A stretch of 64,000 nucleotides of DNA, from the NCBI GenBank assembly GCA_965223295.1, contig CBDCWC010000003.1, positions 1,216,001 through 1,280,000 of the forward strand. Reading direction: 5' to 3'. This document shows positions 40,387 through 50,806 of the stretch, piece by piece (the stretch's first letter is position 1; every line of letters starts with the position of its first letter). The DNA is from Nitrospirales bacterium. Its GTDB lineage: Bacteria > Nitrospirota > Nitrospiria > Nitrospirales > UBA8639. The position numbers and the translations under genes are program-made. Under the pieces are notes generated by a model that saw only the letters and a list, made by a program, of their open reading frames with translations, was not told the DNA's origin and made no database searches.

Positions 40387-41065
40387 CCTTCTGATGATAC
40401 GGTTGCTCACCTGTGCTTTCCTTATTATAGACCTAGGCCTCAGCAGTTTCATGTCGACCTCTTTTTCAGAAGAATTTCACCCAGCATCCTCATCGATTGT
40501 CTTGCCGACAGATCCCTTTTCCTTTCAACCAGGTTCTGGTCAAGAGATCGCCAATACGTACTGCGTAATTTGTCACTCTGCCGATTATATTTACACCCAG
40601 CCTTCTCACTCACAGGAAGAATGGACCAAGATCATCAAAAAAATGCAGCACACCTTCGGCTGTCCGATTCCTGACGATTCAAGGACTCCGTTGGCGCAGT
40701 ATTTGGTACAACAGAATGACATCATGCCTTTTAGGATGAAGTCCAACATTTCTCAGACGCCAGCTCCTTCAATTGGGATAAGAAATGGGAATCCATTCGA
40801 TGGCAAATCAATCTATACCACCAATTGCATCAATTGCCACGGAACTGACGGATATGGTGATGGCCCTATTGGGCAGCAATTAATCCCGCCTGCGGCTAAT
40901 TTGACCGTGGTAGGGAAGAAGTCAGACCAAGAACTTCTCCGAATTATCCGAAACGGGCGTCCCGGCACAGCCATGCCTCCTTGGAAAGGGAGCTTATCTG
41001 ATCAAGACATTGTTGATGTCTTATCTTATGTGAGAACTTTTTCTCAAGAGTTTCCTCAACGCTAA
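40334..41065 (+). CDS. sorB: SorB-like cytochrome c fused to a second cytochrome c domain (true start probably downstream)
   Basis: CVICHSADYI.TQP...W...KM...FG.PI, then CINCH...G.PGTAMP. Confidence 0.82.
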   Translation: MVICVMRWKQFMFQPKTNLLMIRLLTCAFLIIDLGLSSFMSTSFSEEFHPASSSIVLPTDPFSFQPGSGQEIANTYCVICHSADYIYTQPSHSQEEWTKIIKKMQHTFGCPIPDDSRTPLAQYLVQQNDIMPFRMKSNISQTPAPSIGIRNGNPFDGKSIYTTNCINCHGTDGYGDGPIGQQLIPPAANLTVVGKKSDQELLRIIRNGRPGTAMPPWKGSLSDQDIVDVLSYVRTFSQEFPQR

Positions 41066-41243
41066 AACTATCCATCATTAAGAATGTTTTCCTTCATATG
41101 AGGAGCATCTCGCTTACTCAGAGACCCCTCGTTATCTTGTATATTTTCGCCTGACTTGTGTCCTCAGTAATTTTCCCCATACAATATAAGTAGGTAACCC
41201 CCTCCTCAAACTTTATATTTTCTCAGTCCAGGAGGTAATAATT

Positions 41244-41489
41244 ATGGCAAACACCTATTCAATATTGATTGTAGGAGTTGCAATGCTGGGTTTGACCGCT
41301 TGTGGGAGCACAGGGGGCAATGTCGGACTTGGCGTGTTGGGAGGTGCGGCGGCAAGTGCCGGAGGATACGAATTGCATTTGAAAAATCAGAAGGAGCAGG
41401 TGGAAGAAGACTTTAAAGATGGTAAGATAGATGAGAATGATCGAGATATCCGGCTCAGTCAAATCAAACGTGACTCGCTTCTCCAGTAA
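41244..41489 (+). CDS. Small lipoprotein with glycine-zipper-like segment
   Basis: Lipobox LTAC, GLGVLGGAAASAGG; AGGAGG RBS. Confidence 0.8.
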   Translation: MANTYSILIVGVAMLGLTACGSTGGNVGLGVLGGAAASAGGYELHLKNQKEQVEEDFKDGKIDENDRDIRLSQIKRDSLLQ

Positions 41490-41530
41490 ACTCCCAACAC
41501 AACGGAATATTTTTTAACTACTCGTGTTTA

Positions 41531-41565
41531 CGGAAGAACAGGGATACAATATCCCTGTTCTTCCG
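41531..41565. terminator. Hairpin after the lipoprotein gene
   Basis: CGGAAGAACAGGGATA-CAA-TATCCCTGTTCTTCCG. Confidence 0.6.
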
Positions 41566-41724
41566 AAAAAAAGTATTTCTCCAGAACCGCTTCTATATTA
41601 TTCAGAGACCCGACACGGATGATTTCTTCACGTCGTGAAAATCTCACCCAGCCTTGAACAACTTCCCCAACGAAACCTGTAGTCTTTCTTTTTTACACCC
41701 AAAAATCGGATTCCTTTTTTTCTA

Positions 41725-42513
41725 ATGGACGTGTATTTATTACTGGCCCTGTTGTCAGGTGGAGTAGTCGGGCTCCTGCTCGGAGCGACGGGTGGAGGCG
41801 GGTCCTTAGTAGCCATACCCTTGTTAGTCTATGTCGTAGGAATTCCTGTCCAAAAGGCGAGCGCGATGTCGTTAATTGTGGTGGGCTATTCCGCTTTGTT
41901 TGGAGCGTGGCAGGAAAACCGTTTCAAACGAGTTCACATCCCTGCAGCCCTTGTGTTTAGTTTGACTGGAGTCTTTGGTGCATGGATTGGCGCGCAAGGG
42001 CATCAACTGGTTTCTGAAACCATTGTACTATTTTTGTTCGGTAATTTATTGCTCTTTATGAGCGTATGGACCTTTTGGCAACAACAAAATGATGAGAGTC
42101 AGCATACGATGTCAGGATGTGCCAAACATTTTTCCTGGCCTTGTGCATTTAGGGCATCTGCAATTGGATGGGGCGTAGGATTACTCACTGGATTTTTTGG
42201 AATAGGAGGAGGGTTTCTTATTGTTCCAGCTCTCATGATCCTTTTAGAGTTTCCCATACGACTTGCAATCGGTACGTCATTTTTGATTATCGCCCTTATT
42301 TCGATAGGTGGGGTATTCGGACATTTGCATTTAGCCTCGTTGGATTGGCTCTTAACGGGGTTAGTGTTAATTGGAAGTGTCCTGGGGTTAGTCTTTGGGT
42401 CCAGAGTAACACGGTCTATTCCCTCTCATCATTTGAGACGATGCATTGCGATTCTGATTGGTGCCATCGGATTTGGGTTAATCCTCGATAATGGCTGGCA
42501 TCTTATCTTTTAA
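41725..42513 (+). CDS. TauE/SafE family sulfite/sulfur-compound exporter
   Basis: GATGGGGS..AIP and GFFGIGGGFLIVP repeats, AIGTS. Confidence 0.92.
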   Translation: MDVYLLLALLSGGVVGLLLGATGGGGSLVAIPLLVYVVGIPVQKASAMSLIVVGYSALFGAWQENRFKRVHIPAALVFSLTGVFGAWIGAQGHQLVSETIVLFLFGNLLLFMSVWTFWQQQNDESQHTMSGCAKHFSWPCAFRASAIGWGVGLLTGFFGIGGGFLIVPALMILLEFPIRLAIGTSFLIIALISIGGVFGHLHLASLDWLLTGLVLIGSVLGLVFGSRVTRSIPSHHLRRCIAILIGAIGFGLILDNGWHLIF

Positions 42514-42734
42514 GACACGAAGCCTATGGTCACGAAAAGATAGCGGCTTCTCTCAATGAGCTTGCCAGGTTTCAGCCTGGCAGTGGAGACCCTTTTGCCG
42601 AAATCCGGCAACTCTCAGGAACGCCAATACTGGATGATTGGAGCCATAAAGGTGAGATAAAAATATAGGAAGTCAAATGGAAGACGTATATTGGTGGATT
42701 TTGCAAGATTCGAATCGATGGCCCGGCAAAAAAA

Positions 42735-43805
42735 TTATGAAGGAATTTTTTCGTCTTGGACGGGTCGAAATAACAACATGACATCGCCTGCTTCCAGTTG
42801 TTGCCCGTCTTGAAATTCCCAGGGCGATAAAGTGGAGCCATGTCGATAGACTCTGAGTAACACGTCTGGCTGTAAATCTTTAGCGGTTTTTCCCACATCG
42901 TCTCCTTCCACCGTTCGCTCGATGATATTGACGTGTCCACCAGCCGTCAGAAAATCCTCTAAATAATCGGCCAAGTATTTTTGATCGACTGCAGCGGCTA
43001 ACATATATCCCCCATAGGTGGCGGGTGAAATAATGGTTTGCGCGCCTCCTTGGCGGAAGAGTTTGACATTTTCTTCTTCCTTCGCACTCACAATCACTCG
43101 ACATTCAGTATTGAGATTTCGAACCGTTAATAGAATGAGCGCGTTCGTATCATCCCGGCCGGAGGCAATAATAATGGCTTTGGCTGCTCTCAAGAATGCG
43201 CCATGTTGTAAGAGCCCTTCTTGAGTCGCATCGCCTTTAAGAGCGACCACTCCTAATTCGACAGCCGTTCGCACTCGCTCGTCTCGGGGATCAATGACAA
43301 CGATATGTTCAGGATCAGTTCCTTTTGCGAGTAATTCTTTGACCGCCGAATAGCCAGTGTGGCCAAAGCCACAGACCACCACATGCTGGTTCAGATTTGA
43401 TTGAAGTTTTGCCATGCGAAATACCTCAGTAAATTTTCGAAGTGCGAGTTGATACGCTGTGCCTAAGAAAATGATCCAAATAAAAATTCTGACCGGTGTC
43501 ACCACCAGGGCATCAATCATTCTAGCCCGAGGTGTCACCGGGACAATGTCTCCGTACCCAACAGTGGTGACGGTTACCATCGTGAAATACACGACATCGG
43601 TGAACGACATGTGGTCATCGCTGTGATCTTTTAGTCCCTCACGATCGAGCCATAGAAGTCCGATCAACATGCCAAACAGGAAAAAGACCATCCCCAGTCT
43701 GATCAACAAGGTACGAATGGGGTCCAGATCCGAGGGCACGTAGACCACCCGCCTTAAGAAAAGTGAGGACTTCGGGGTCGATTTGGTTTTAAAAGGAAAG
43801 GCCAT
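42735..43805 (-). CDS. Potassium channel with RCK/TrkA-N domain
   Basis: TVGYGD selectivity filter, CGFGHTG, GDAT. Confidence 0.93.
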   Translation of the reverse strand: MAFPFKTKSTPKSSLFLRRVVYVPSDLDPIRTLLIRLGMVFFLFGMLIGLLWLDREGLKDHSDDHMSFTDVVYFTMVTVTTVGYGDIVPVTPRARMIDALVVTPVRIFIWIIFLGTAYQLALRKFTEVFRMAKLQSNLNQHVVVCGFGHTGYSAVKELLAKGTDPEHIVVIDPRDERVRTAVELGVVALKGDATQEGLLQHGAFLRAAKAIIIASGRDDTNALILLTVRNLNTECRVIVSAKEEENVKLFRQGGAQTIISPATYGGYMLAAAVDQKYLADYLEDFLTAGGHVNIIERTVEGDDVGKTAKDLQPDVLLRVYRHGSTLSPWEFQDGQQLEAGDVMLLFRPVQDEKIPS

Positions 43806-43825
43806 GAAGTTTTTTGTTGTGAAAA

Positions 43826-45640
43826 CTACCCACTGAGTGGCCAGAATATGACGAGCAGAGGAAGCGATACCGCAAGAATTAATATTTCTAGTGGTAATCC
43901 CATCCTCCAATAATCTCCAAATCGATAGCCGCCAGGCCCCATGACTAGTAAATTATTTTGATGGCCAATAGGCGTCAGAAATGCGCAAGAGGCGCCAATG
44001 GCCACAGCCATGAGAAAGGGGTCGGGGTTGACGCCAAGGTTTTGGGCAACTGCGAAACTAAATGGGGCCATGACCACAGCGGTGGCTGCATTGTTCATGA
44101 CATCAGATAACAACATGGTGAACACCATGATCAGGCCGAGCAGGAGTATCGGGGAGTAGTCAGTTAGGACATTCACCAGAAATTGAGCTAAAACCGTTGT
44201 AGCCCCACTGTGTTCTAATGCTCCGCCGATGGGAATCATGGCGCCAAGTAACACGAGCACAGGCCAATCAATTGTTTGATACACATCTCGAGGAGAGACA
44301 ACAGTCAGGAGCACCATGCCTAACGCCGCACAGATCAAAGCAATCGGTAACGACACAAATCCCATGATGGCACTAGCCAGAGCTACACCAAAGAGTCCTC
44401 CGGCCAGCCAAGCTTGGCCGGATTTCATCAGCTGAATGCCTCGTTCAGCTAAGGGTAAGCATCCGAGAGAGCCGATGACTTCTAATACGACATCTTTTTC
44501 GCCTTGAAGAAGTAGCACGTCACCAGCCTTGAAGCGAAATTCTTTGAGCCGTCCGCGATACGGTGTTCCCTGTCGTGACACACCTAACAACGAAACGCCG
44601 AAACGGCTTCGGAGTTTTAACGTACCGGCTAATCTTCCCACGAGCCAAGAACGGTCAGGAGGCACGACGGCTTCCAACAATACCTCATCCTTTATGACTG
44701 GAGACTTTTTAGCCGGTTCGGATTCAAGCATCTCCTCTTTGGCCTGGGTTCCCGTTAATTCAAGACCTAATGCCGAGACAAATTTTTTGATGCCTTGAGG
44801 CCCTGCCTCCAGGACTAACACATCTCCGACTTGAATGTGCTCACGCCAGGCTGCCCCTCGAATAGATTGCTCCGCTCGAATGAGCCCAATAATTAAAGCA
44901 TCAGAATCTTCCGTTGCGGATTCCAATTCGGAAAGGGATTTCCCGATGGCTTTAGAATTCTCTGGAACTTTGACTTCGGTAAGATATTCCTGGATGTGGA
45001 ATAAGTCCTGTGGGGCATTTTGGGATCGCCGAGCAAGAGGAATAAGATGCCAGCCAATCAATGCGACAAAGATAATTCCGGCGACCGCGACCACTCCGCC
45101 GACAGGAGAAAAATCAAACATCCCAAATGGCTGTCCGGTTATTTCCGCACGGTAGTTGGCCACGATGATATTAGGTGGAGTGCCAATTAACGTCGCCATC
45201 CCACCAAGTATGGTTCCAAAGGCCAGAGGCATCAGAATGACGGCAGGAGAACGTTTTGCTTCAACAGACGATTGAATGGCGACGGGCATGAGCAAGGCTA
45301 AGGCTCCGACGTTGTTCATGATGGTGGAAAGCATCCCACCAACTCCTGCTAAACCGACAATATGTAACGTTGGTGAGGAAGTTGCCCCTTTGATAGAGCG
45401 GGTGAAAATTTCTACTGCTCCTGTATTACTCAGGCCGCGGCTAATAATCAACACTGCCGCCACGGTTACCACGGCAGGATGACCAAATCCTAAAAACGCT
45501 TCATCAGAAGGGACATATCCCAAAATGACAGTCGTTAATAAGCCAGCGAGCGCCACCAGGTCATAGCGCCATCGCTCCCAGACAAACAATACGACCAAAA
45601 TGCCAAGAAGGCTTATGAGAAAAATTTGGTCAGCATTCAT
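43826..45640 (-). CDS. SLC13/CitMHS-like permease with TrkA-C domains
   Basis: MNNVGA, TLIGTPPNI, AFLTPIGHQNNLLVMGPGGY. Confidence 0.93.
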   Translation of the reverse strand: MNADQIFLISLLGILVVLFVWERWRYDLVALAGLLTTVILGYVPSDEAFLGFGHPAVVTVAAVLIISRGLSNTGAVEIFTRSIKGATSSPTLHIVGLAGVGGMLSTIMNNVGALALLMPVAIQSSVEAKRSPAVILMPLAFGTILGGMATLIGTPPNIIVANYRAEITGQPFGMFDFSPVGGVVAVAGIIFVALIGWHLIPLARRSQNAPQDLFHIQEYLTEVKVPENSKAIGKSLSELESATEDSDALIIGLIRAEQSIRGAAWREHIQVGDVLVLEAGPQGIKKFVSALGLELTGTQAKEEMLESEPAKKSPVIKDEVLLEAVVPPDRSWLVGRLAGTLKLRSRFGVSLLGVSRQGTPYRGRLKEFRFKAGDVLLLQGEKDVVLEVIGSLGCLPLAERGIQLMKSGQAWLAGGLFGVALASAIMGFVSLPIALICAALGMVLLTVVSPRDVYQTIDWPVLVLLGAMIPIGGALEHSGATTVLAQFLVNVLTDYSPILLLGLIMVFTMLLSDVMNNAATAVVMAPFSFAVAQNLGVNPDPFLMAVAIGASCAFLTPIGHQNNLLVMGPGGYRFGDYWRMGLPLEILILAVSLPLLVIFWPLSG

Positions 45641-46019
45641 ATAGGAGGGAAATATTGAATAATTCAATCTGCGGGGGTGATTCTAGAGAGACGAGACTGG
45701 AAAAGGTGACTCTTGCCACAACATTGAGAGTCATCACATCGGTGATTTAACCAGGTTGCCGACGTAAATTCAAACAGCGATGTTCTTCGATTGGGCGTGA
45801 AAAAGGAAAACGGGAGGGGGCATGCTTGTGGAATCGAATCTGAGCAGCCGTCCTGACGGTTATCTGGCTCGTCTAAGAAATGTCAAAAATGCCAAGAGCA
45901 TCATCATATTTTTGACACCTTTCGTGAATCTGATGTCACGAGGTCATTGTTCCTCACAGGACAGGCTTGACTCCCAAAGAAATTGTTCTTTGGGAGACCT
46001 GATGTGGAGGATACGGGTG

Positions 46020-46247
46020 TTAGGCCGTTAATCGAGCAACCGGAGTCCGCGGCGCCCGTCGAAGCCGTTTCCGGAACGGGATCACTTGAGCCTGTACTGG
46101 AGTCGTTCGATGACGATTAATGACCGGATCTGTTAGATTCCCGCACATGACGCATCGGTAGGCTCGAATCCAGAGCTCTCCCATGCCTCCTTTTACATCC
46201 AGGCAATCATCAACCACCATCAATCCGTTGCAACGTGCACAATTCAT
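46020..46247 (-). CDS. Small zinc-ribbon protein (MNCARCNGLMV...CVMCGN)
   Basis: Two CxxC pairs; AGGAGGG RBS; paralogue of 27785-28006. Confidence 0.82.
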   Translation of the reverse strand: MNCARCNGLMVVDDCLDVKGGMGELWIRAYRCVMCGNLTDPVINRHRTTPVQAQVIPFRKRLRRAPRTPVARLTA

Positions 46248-46302
46248 AACTCTCCCTCCTTTGAAAGCCTCCTGCTTCCCATGATCTCCATAGGCGAGTG
46301 TG

Positions 46303-46318
46303 TGCATCATGTATGCCC
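46303..46318 (-). promoter_or_regulatory. Possible sigma54 promoter of the zinc-ribbon gene
   Basis: Minus strand GGGCATACATGATGCA, GG-N10-GC. Confidence 0.5.
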
Positions 46319-47029
46319 AGAACCTGTGGGCATTAAAAAAACAGCTAAAGTATGAGGTGTGTATGACTGCGGAAAATGAAGAGGGGAAACAATCTACCTA
46401 TATGAATTTTTGGAGTCTACAACATTTTGTAGGAAAAAAAAAGAGCAGACGCTTATTTTGTGTATAACATAAAAATAAAATTTTTTTCTACTTTCTGACA
46501 AATAGAAAGGCACATACCAAAAAATCTTTTTTTTGGGACTCTTGATAATGCCATGAGTCATAGAAGGATTGTAGAGAACTTTGTCAGACCCGTTAATATT
46601 TTGACAACACTGGACCTTTCAATTTCTGGAATAATTCTCTGAGGGGAAAGGACCAATCTCTCTGGTACTTTTTCTGATTTCCTAGTAGCTGGGTAAAAAC
46701 ATTCTGAAAAATTTTCTGATAGGGAAGGTGATCAGAAGGAATAGAAAATTGTGGAGACCATGTTGGAGCAGTCCATGTCTTCATGTCTTGACCTGTTCCT
46801 GAAATACTTGTTGAGGGGGAGAAGTCATGATTGGATCAGTATTCCTGAAAAAGAAAACCCACAAAATCGGTAAAAGTCTGAAATGTTTGTGAGAATCAAT
46901 TCTTGAAGGTTGTCAGTCTAACCCTGACAACTTTCCCATTGACTCCTAACTTGAGTGGATAAAAATAGGACAAAATAGTAGTTCGACAGGAAAGAAAACA
47001 GGGTGAGAACGCGCATGGCTTATCTTATC

Positions 47030-47220
47030 GGGGCTGTTGAAAAAAGCTGCCAGCAGCGTTCTCGCCCTTTTTCCGTGCTCACGTCATGCCAGGACGCTCC
47101 GCGCGCAACAATGGATGCGGCCTTGCTGGACAGCCTTTTTTGAACCGCCCCGAACCTTTTGATCGCCCTCGGCTTCTTGGCGAAATATGACTCTTGATAT
47201 CATCATTATTCAACAATCTC
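47030..47220 (-). mobile_element. MITE family A copy 6 (191 bp, inverted)
   Basis: Close reverse-complement match to copy 5; exact 5-bp TSD TTATC. Confidence 0.9.
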
Positions 47221-47251
47221 TTATCCTGAACGGTAGGGCATTTGTATTAAA

Positions 47252-48367
47252 CTAAGAGATCGGATGAAACCCAGGGCCACGAGGTAATCCATCAGTTTTG
47301 AACATCAGCACATCAAAAGCGCTTCCTAAACGGGTACGGCTAGTTAACATATCAACTTCCTGTTGTCTGGATACCGAATCCTTACCTGTCCCGACATAAC
47401 CCTGAATCCCGAGGTTTGTCAGCCAAGTCCCTTGTGGTTGCCAGCCTGCTAACTCCATCCCTACAGATGCCGCGTCAGAAATGACAGCGGTAAAATCGAT
47501 ATCCGAAGTCATATCTTGTTGCCCTACCGCAAAAAACGGATCATGAATTTGTCGTTGTTGATAATAGTAGCGCATCCTTCCGTTTCGATGATGATATGAA
47601 TAAAGATTTGACGCTTTGTCACCATAGTCCACAAAAATGATATATCCAGGCTTTGTGACACGGGCAAGATCCTGGAGAAACGGCTGAAATTCTAAACAGA
47701 TTTCTGCGAGGTGCCCTCGCCCCAAACAAATTTGTTCGTCTTGCAAACGGTCAAGTAATTTTGATGTGGAGACCTTACCAGGTTGTTCACAAAATTCTTC
47801 ATTGTCATCAAGGTCCACAAATATTTCACAGATTTGGTCATTTTGTATTCCCATCACACGGTGGACGGGAAAAGCATCCAGGATTTCATTGCCAAACACA
47901 ACGGTTTTTCCCGGCTTGAGTTCTTCCAAGGTTGCGATGGACCTCAACCCCCTCTCTGCTTGTTTGGCTCGCAACCCAGAACTCGTTTCAAGAATCACAT
48001 ATTCGTGAGAATCAGTTAGGAACAAGGAGATTTGTGATCCCAACTGTCCGGTTCCTCCTCCAAGCTCTAGTATTCGAAGCGGACTTCCCAGAGTTTTAGC
48101 TGCTTCATGAATGGCCTGAGCTACAGCAAATGCGAAGGCCGGGAATTTGGCATTAGTGTCAAACGGACCTATAGAACTACTGATGGAAGGCGCCAATGTA
48201 TAAAATCCGTGCGTTTCATGAAAAAGTGCAGCGGCCATAAAATCGCGAAAGGTCATCGGACCCTTTGCACGAATTCTGTCCTTTAACAATCTGGCGAGTT
48301 CAGTATCTAGGCGTTGCAAGATAAAATCCTGCCGACAAGAGTCGTGAGACCGAAAAGCTTTCGACAA
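47252..48367 (-). CDS. MidA/NDUFAF7-like SAM-dependent methyltransferase
   Basis: GPMTFRDFM, ELGGGTG, GNEILDAFPV, DYG, QDMTSDIDF. Confidence 0.88.
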   Translation of the reverse strand: MSKAFRSHDSCRQDFILQRLDTELARLLKDRIRAKGPMTFRDFMAAALFHETHGFYTLAPSISSSIGPFDTNAKFPAFAFAVAQAIHEAAKTLGSPLRILELGGGTGQLGSQISLFLTDSHEYVILETSSGLRAKQAERGLRSIATLEELKPGKTVVFGNEILDAFPVHRVMGIQNDQICEIFVDLDDNEEFCEQPGKVSTSKLLDRLQDEQICLGRGHLAEICLEFQPFLQDLARVTKPGYIIFVDYGDKASNLYSYHHRNGRMRYYYQQRQIHDPFFAVGQQDMTSDIDFTAVISDAASVGMELAGWQPQGTWLTNLGIQGYVGTGKDSVSRQQEVDMLTSRTRLGSAFDVLMFKTDGLPRGPGFHPIS

Positions 48368-48421
48368 ATAGTAGCGGAAAAAAGGAGAATCGAAAGTTTA
48401 TGAATGTGTAGAAAAAGAGAT

Positions 48422-48452
48422 AAAAAAAGGGTGCCTTCTAGGCACCCTTTTT
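48422..48452. terminator. Intrinsic terminator (bidirectional form)
   Basis: AAAAAAAGGGTGCC-TTCTA-GGCACCCTTTTT. Confidence 0.8.
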
Positions 48453-48476
48453 CTCAAACCCGAACGAATGGTCGTC

Positions 48477-48827
48477 TTAGTTAATAACTGTTGAGGTAGC
48501 TCCTGCCGGATTAATGGGAACTTTGTTCATGGTATCGGTTTCGGGCAACCGACCAGCACCCATGGATTTTTTAATCCGTGCACGGTTTGGATCACTGACT
48601 TTATTCATGGCTGCGTCAGCCCCATAGCTCTGAGCTTCCTGAAGAGTCTTTGTTCCTACAGCGTTCGTCTGGCCGGGATCATTGGCCGTGGCTTGGCCGG
48701 TCGCCGGAGACTTGCCTTGAGCCGGATAACCGGGATGCTTGGGTAGCAAACCTGGGTTGGCGAATGCCATGGATACCGCAAAACAGCTGGCGCCCACCGT
48801 TCCAAGAATAATTCCAATTGCTTTCAT
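48477..48827 (-). CDS. Hypothetical secreted protein
   Basis: Signal peptide ending AFA-NP; AAGGAG RBS; own promoter and terminator. Confidence 0.8.
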   Translation of the reverse strand: MKAIGIILGTVGASCFAVSMAFANPGLLPKHPGYPAQGKSPATGQATANDPGQTNAVGTKTLQEAQSYGADAAMNKVSDPNRARIKKSMGAGRLPETDTMNKVPINPAGATSTVIN

Positions 48828-48919
48828 AAGACCGCTCCTTTGTTAGTTATAACGGGTTAACAATAGAAAAGGGTCACAATTTGGTATATGTGATCTTCAA
48901 TTTTCACTGGGAGAGCGGA

Positions 48920-48948
48920 ATCTTAGGCAGATTGGGCGGTGGTGTCAA
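48920..48948 (-). promoter_or_regulatory. Sigma70 promoter
   Basis: TTGACA-17 bp-TAAGAT. Confidence 0.7.
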
Positions 48949-48988
48949 GCCTATAAGCAGAAATGACTAAGAATATGGCCGTTTGCCC

Positions 48989-50806
48989 TTATGAATCATT
49001 CCCACTCGTGCGGCGGGCCGGACGGCGGGATCGATAAGGCGTCCGGGGTTTCGGAGCTGGCATTAAGATTGTGACAGTGGTGCCCTTGTCCGGTTCACTC
49101 GCTATCCGAATTTGCCCCTGATGTTCTTCCACCACTTTTTTCACAGTGGCTAAACCCAATCCGGTTCCTGAACGCTTGGTGGTGAAATATGGCTCAAATA
49201 CTTTATCCACAAGTTCTGGCGGAATAGGCACCCCGTCATTGGCAATCACTATCTGGAGTTCAGGTTTTCGGGCACGAGTCAGCATGACATCCACGCGCAA
49301 ATGACCACCGGGAGACATGGCTTCGATGGCATTCTTAAAAATACAAAGAAACACATGCTTCATTTTTATTTCGTCCCACCGAACTTGGGCCAACCGGGCG
49401 GGGACTTTTTTGACGACTTCAATACGATTAACGCGCAAATCAGTAGACACTAACGACAACGCGTCATCCAATAAATCCTGAACCCGGCACATTTTTCGAT
49501 CAAGCTCCAACGGTTTGGCAAAATCCAAAATTTCATTCAACACCGTCTCCATCCTGATCATATCCCGCATGGCATTTTCCACACGAGTTTGGGAATCAAA
49601 GTCCAGTTCTGAATCGGTGGTAATTTCTTCTAGTTGTGCTCGAATAAACCCAATGGGTTCTCGAACTTCCGTGGCTAGAAACGAACTGACTTCTTGAAGG
49701 GCCACCCGTCGTTCTTCCCGGCGGACATCTCCTGTTGGATTCACTGGCGCGGATTTGCCTTTGGCTTTTGGCCGATCTGTCTGAACAGGAACGGATTCCA
49801 ATACCGACAAATGACAGGAGGGATCTTCGAATAGCTCCACGAGTTTGGCCGTCACAGGCTCAAGACTTTTGGGATCACTTCCATTATGGTCAAACTGGTT
49901 AGGATTTTTTGAGGCTAACATGACCGTGCCTGCCACGCGGCCTCTCACAAAAAATGGGATAACAATGGTGGAAGAAAATTTATCTTTGTAGATTTGTTTG
50001 TAGTCGTGAAAGCGGCCCTGAGTTGATGCGAGATTATTATCACTCCTGGCCTTTCGATGACGGACTGACCAACCCGATGCTGAATCATCTAAAGAAAGTT
50101 GTTGCCCTGGACTCAAATCACGTTTTTGGGTTCCCATGACCCCAAGTACCTCCAGAGAAGCGGCGAGTGGGTCATAAATTGTCACCCATCCCCGGTCGAA
50201 GGAAATTCCGCCATTCACTTCCGCCAAAATATTCGCAATCCGTTCCTGCACATCTGCATTCGTATAGGTTCGAGTGACCGCCACAGGCTCTTTGCTATCT
50301 GGAAGCCCGAGTGGTTCGTTTCCGACAACGGGAGTGCCCAAAATCAAAGAAGAGCCAAAGAGTCCGGCTTTTTTCAACTCTCCAGTAATAAAATTGACAT
50401 TAGTGGTGAGAGTCGTTTTCTCTCGTTTCGTCAACGCCACATTTTCCCGTCTGGCAAGAACCAATGTCCCGTAGACTCGTCCGCCAAATTTTAAAGGAAG
50501 TGCCAGAGCGACTTTACTGCCAGGCGTAATCATTCTGAGACGAAGAACATTATTTAGCTCAGGCCCTCCAGAAGCATTCCTGGGGCTGACTCCTTTTAAT
50601 TCTTCCACCGACAAGGCACGGAGAATGGCTCGAATCTCTCGCAGGGAGAACCCGCGGGAGACTTGTTCAACCAAAGGTCCCCCTTCCAGGGTCATGATGG
50701 CAATCAACGCGGCTTCCATCCCAACTTCGTTAATCGCAGAAGTCAGAATTTTTTGGAGCGTACTCTGTTGTTTTGTTGCCAAAGTCGATTCAAGACGGTC
50801 GGACAT
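48989..50806 (-). CDS. GAF-GAF histidine-kinase-like protein lacking the phospho-His
   Basis: GAF-like segments, LATEVREP H-box, KNAIEA, NDG.PI, FEPYFTTK, GTGLGL. Confidence 0.85.
   Translation of the reverse strand: MSDRLESTLATKQQSTLQKILTSAINEVGMEAALIAIMTLEGGPLVEQVSRGFSLREIRAILRALSVEELKGVSPRNASGGPELNNVLRLRMITPGSKVALALPLKFGGRVYGTLVLARRENVALTKREKTTLTTNVNFITGELKKAGLFGSSLILGTPVVGNEPLGLPDSKEPVAVTRTYTNADVQERIANILAEVNGGISFDRGWVTIYDPLAASLEVLGVMGTQKRDLSPGQQLSLDDSASGWSVRHRKARSDNNLASTQGRFHDYKQIYKDKFSSTIVIPFFVRGRVAGTVMLASKNPNQFDHNGSDPKSLEPVTAKLVELFEDPSCHLSVLESVPVQTDRPKAKGKSAPVNPTGDVRREERRVALQEVSSFLATEVREPIGFIRAQLEEITTDSELDFDSQTRVENAMRDMIRMETVLNEILDFAKPLELDRKMCRVQDLLDDALSLVSTDLRVNRIEVVKKVPARLAQVRWDEIKMKHVFLCIFKNAIEAMSPGGHLRVDVMLTRARKPELQIVIANDGVPIPPELVDKVFEPYFTTKRSGTGLGLATVKKVVEEHQGQIRIASEPDKGTTVTILMPAPKPRTPYRSRRPARRTSGNDS

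Noticed and set aside
46330-47029. AT-rich intergenic tract with ORF 46593-46784
   Set aside because: No recognisable protein or RNA structure that I can support
16988-47220. Family A repeat-variable-repeat layout as a CRISPR-like array
   Set aside because: Copies are dispersed and carry TIRs and TSDs; the variable segments retain faint mutual similarity; no cas genes are present
48841-48865. TAACGGGTTAACA as another bEBP site
   Set aside because: Spacing differs, it lies inside a sigma70-driven leader, and there is no sigma54 motif
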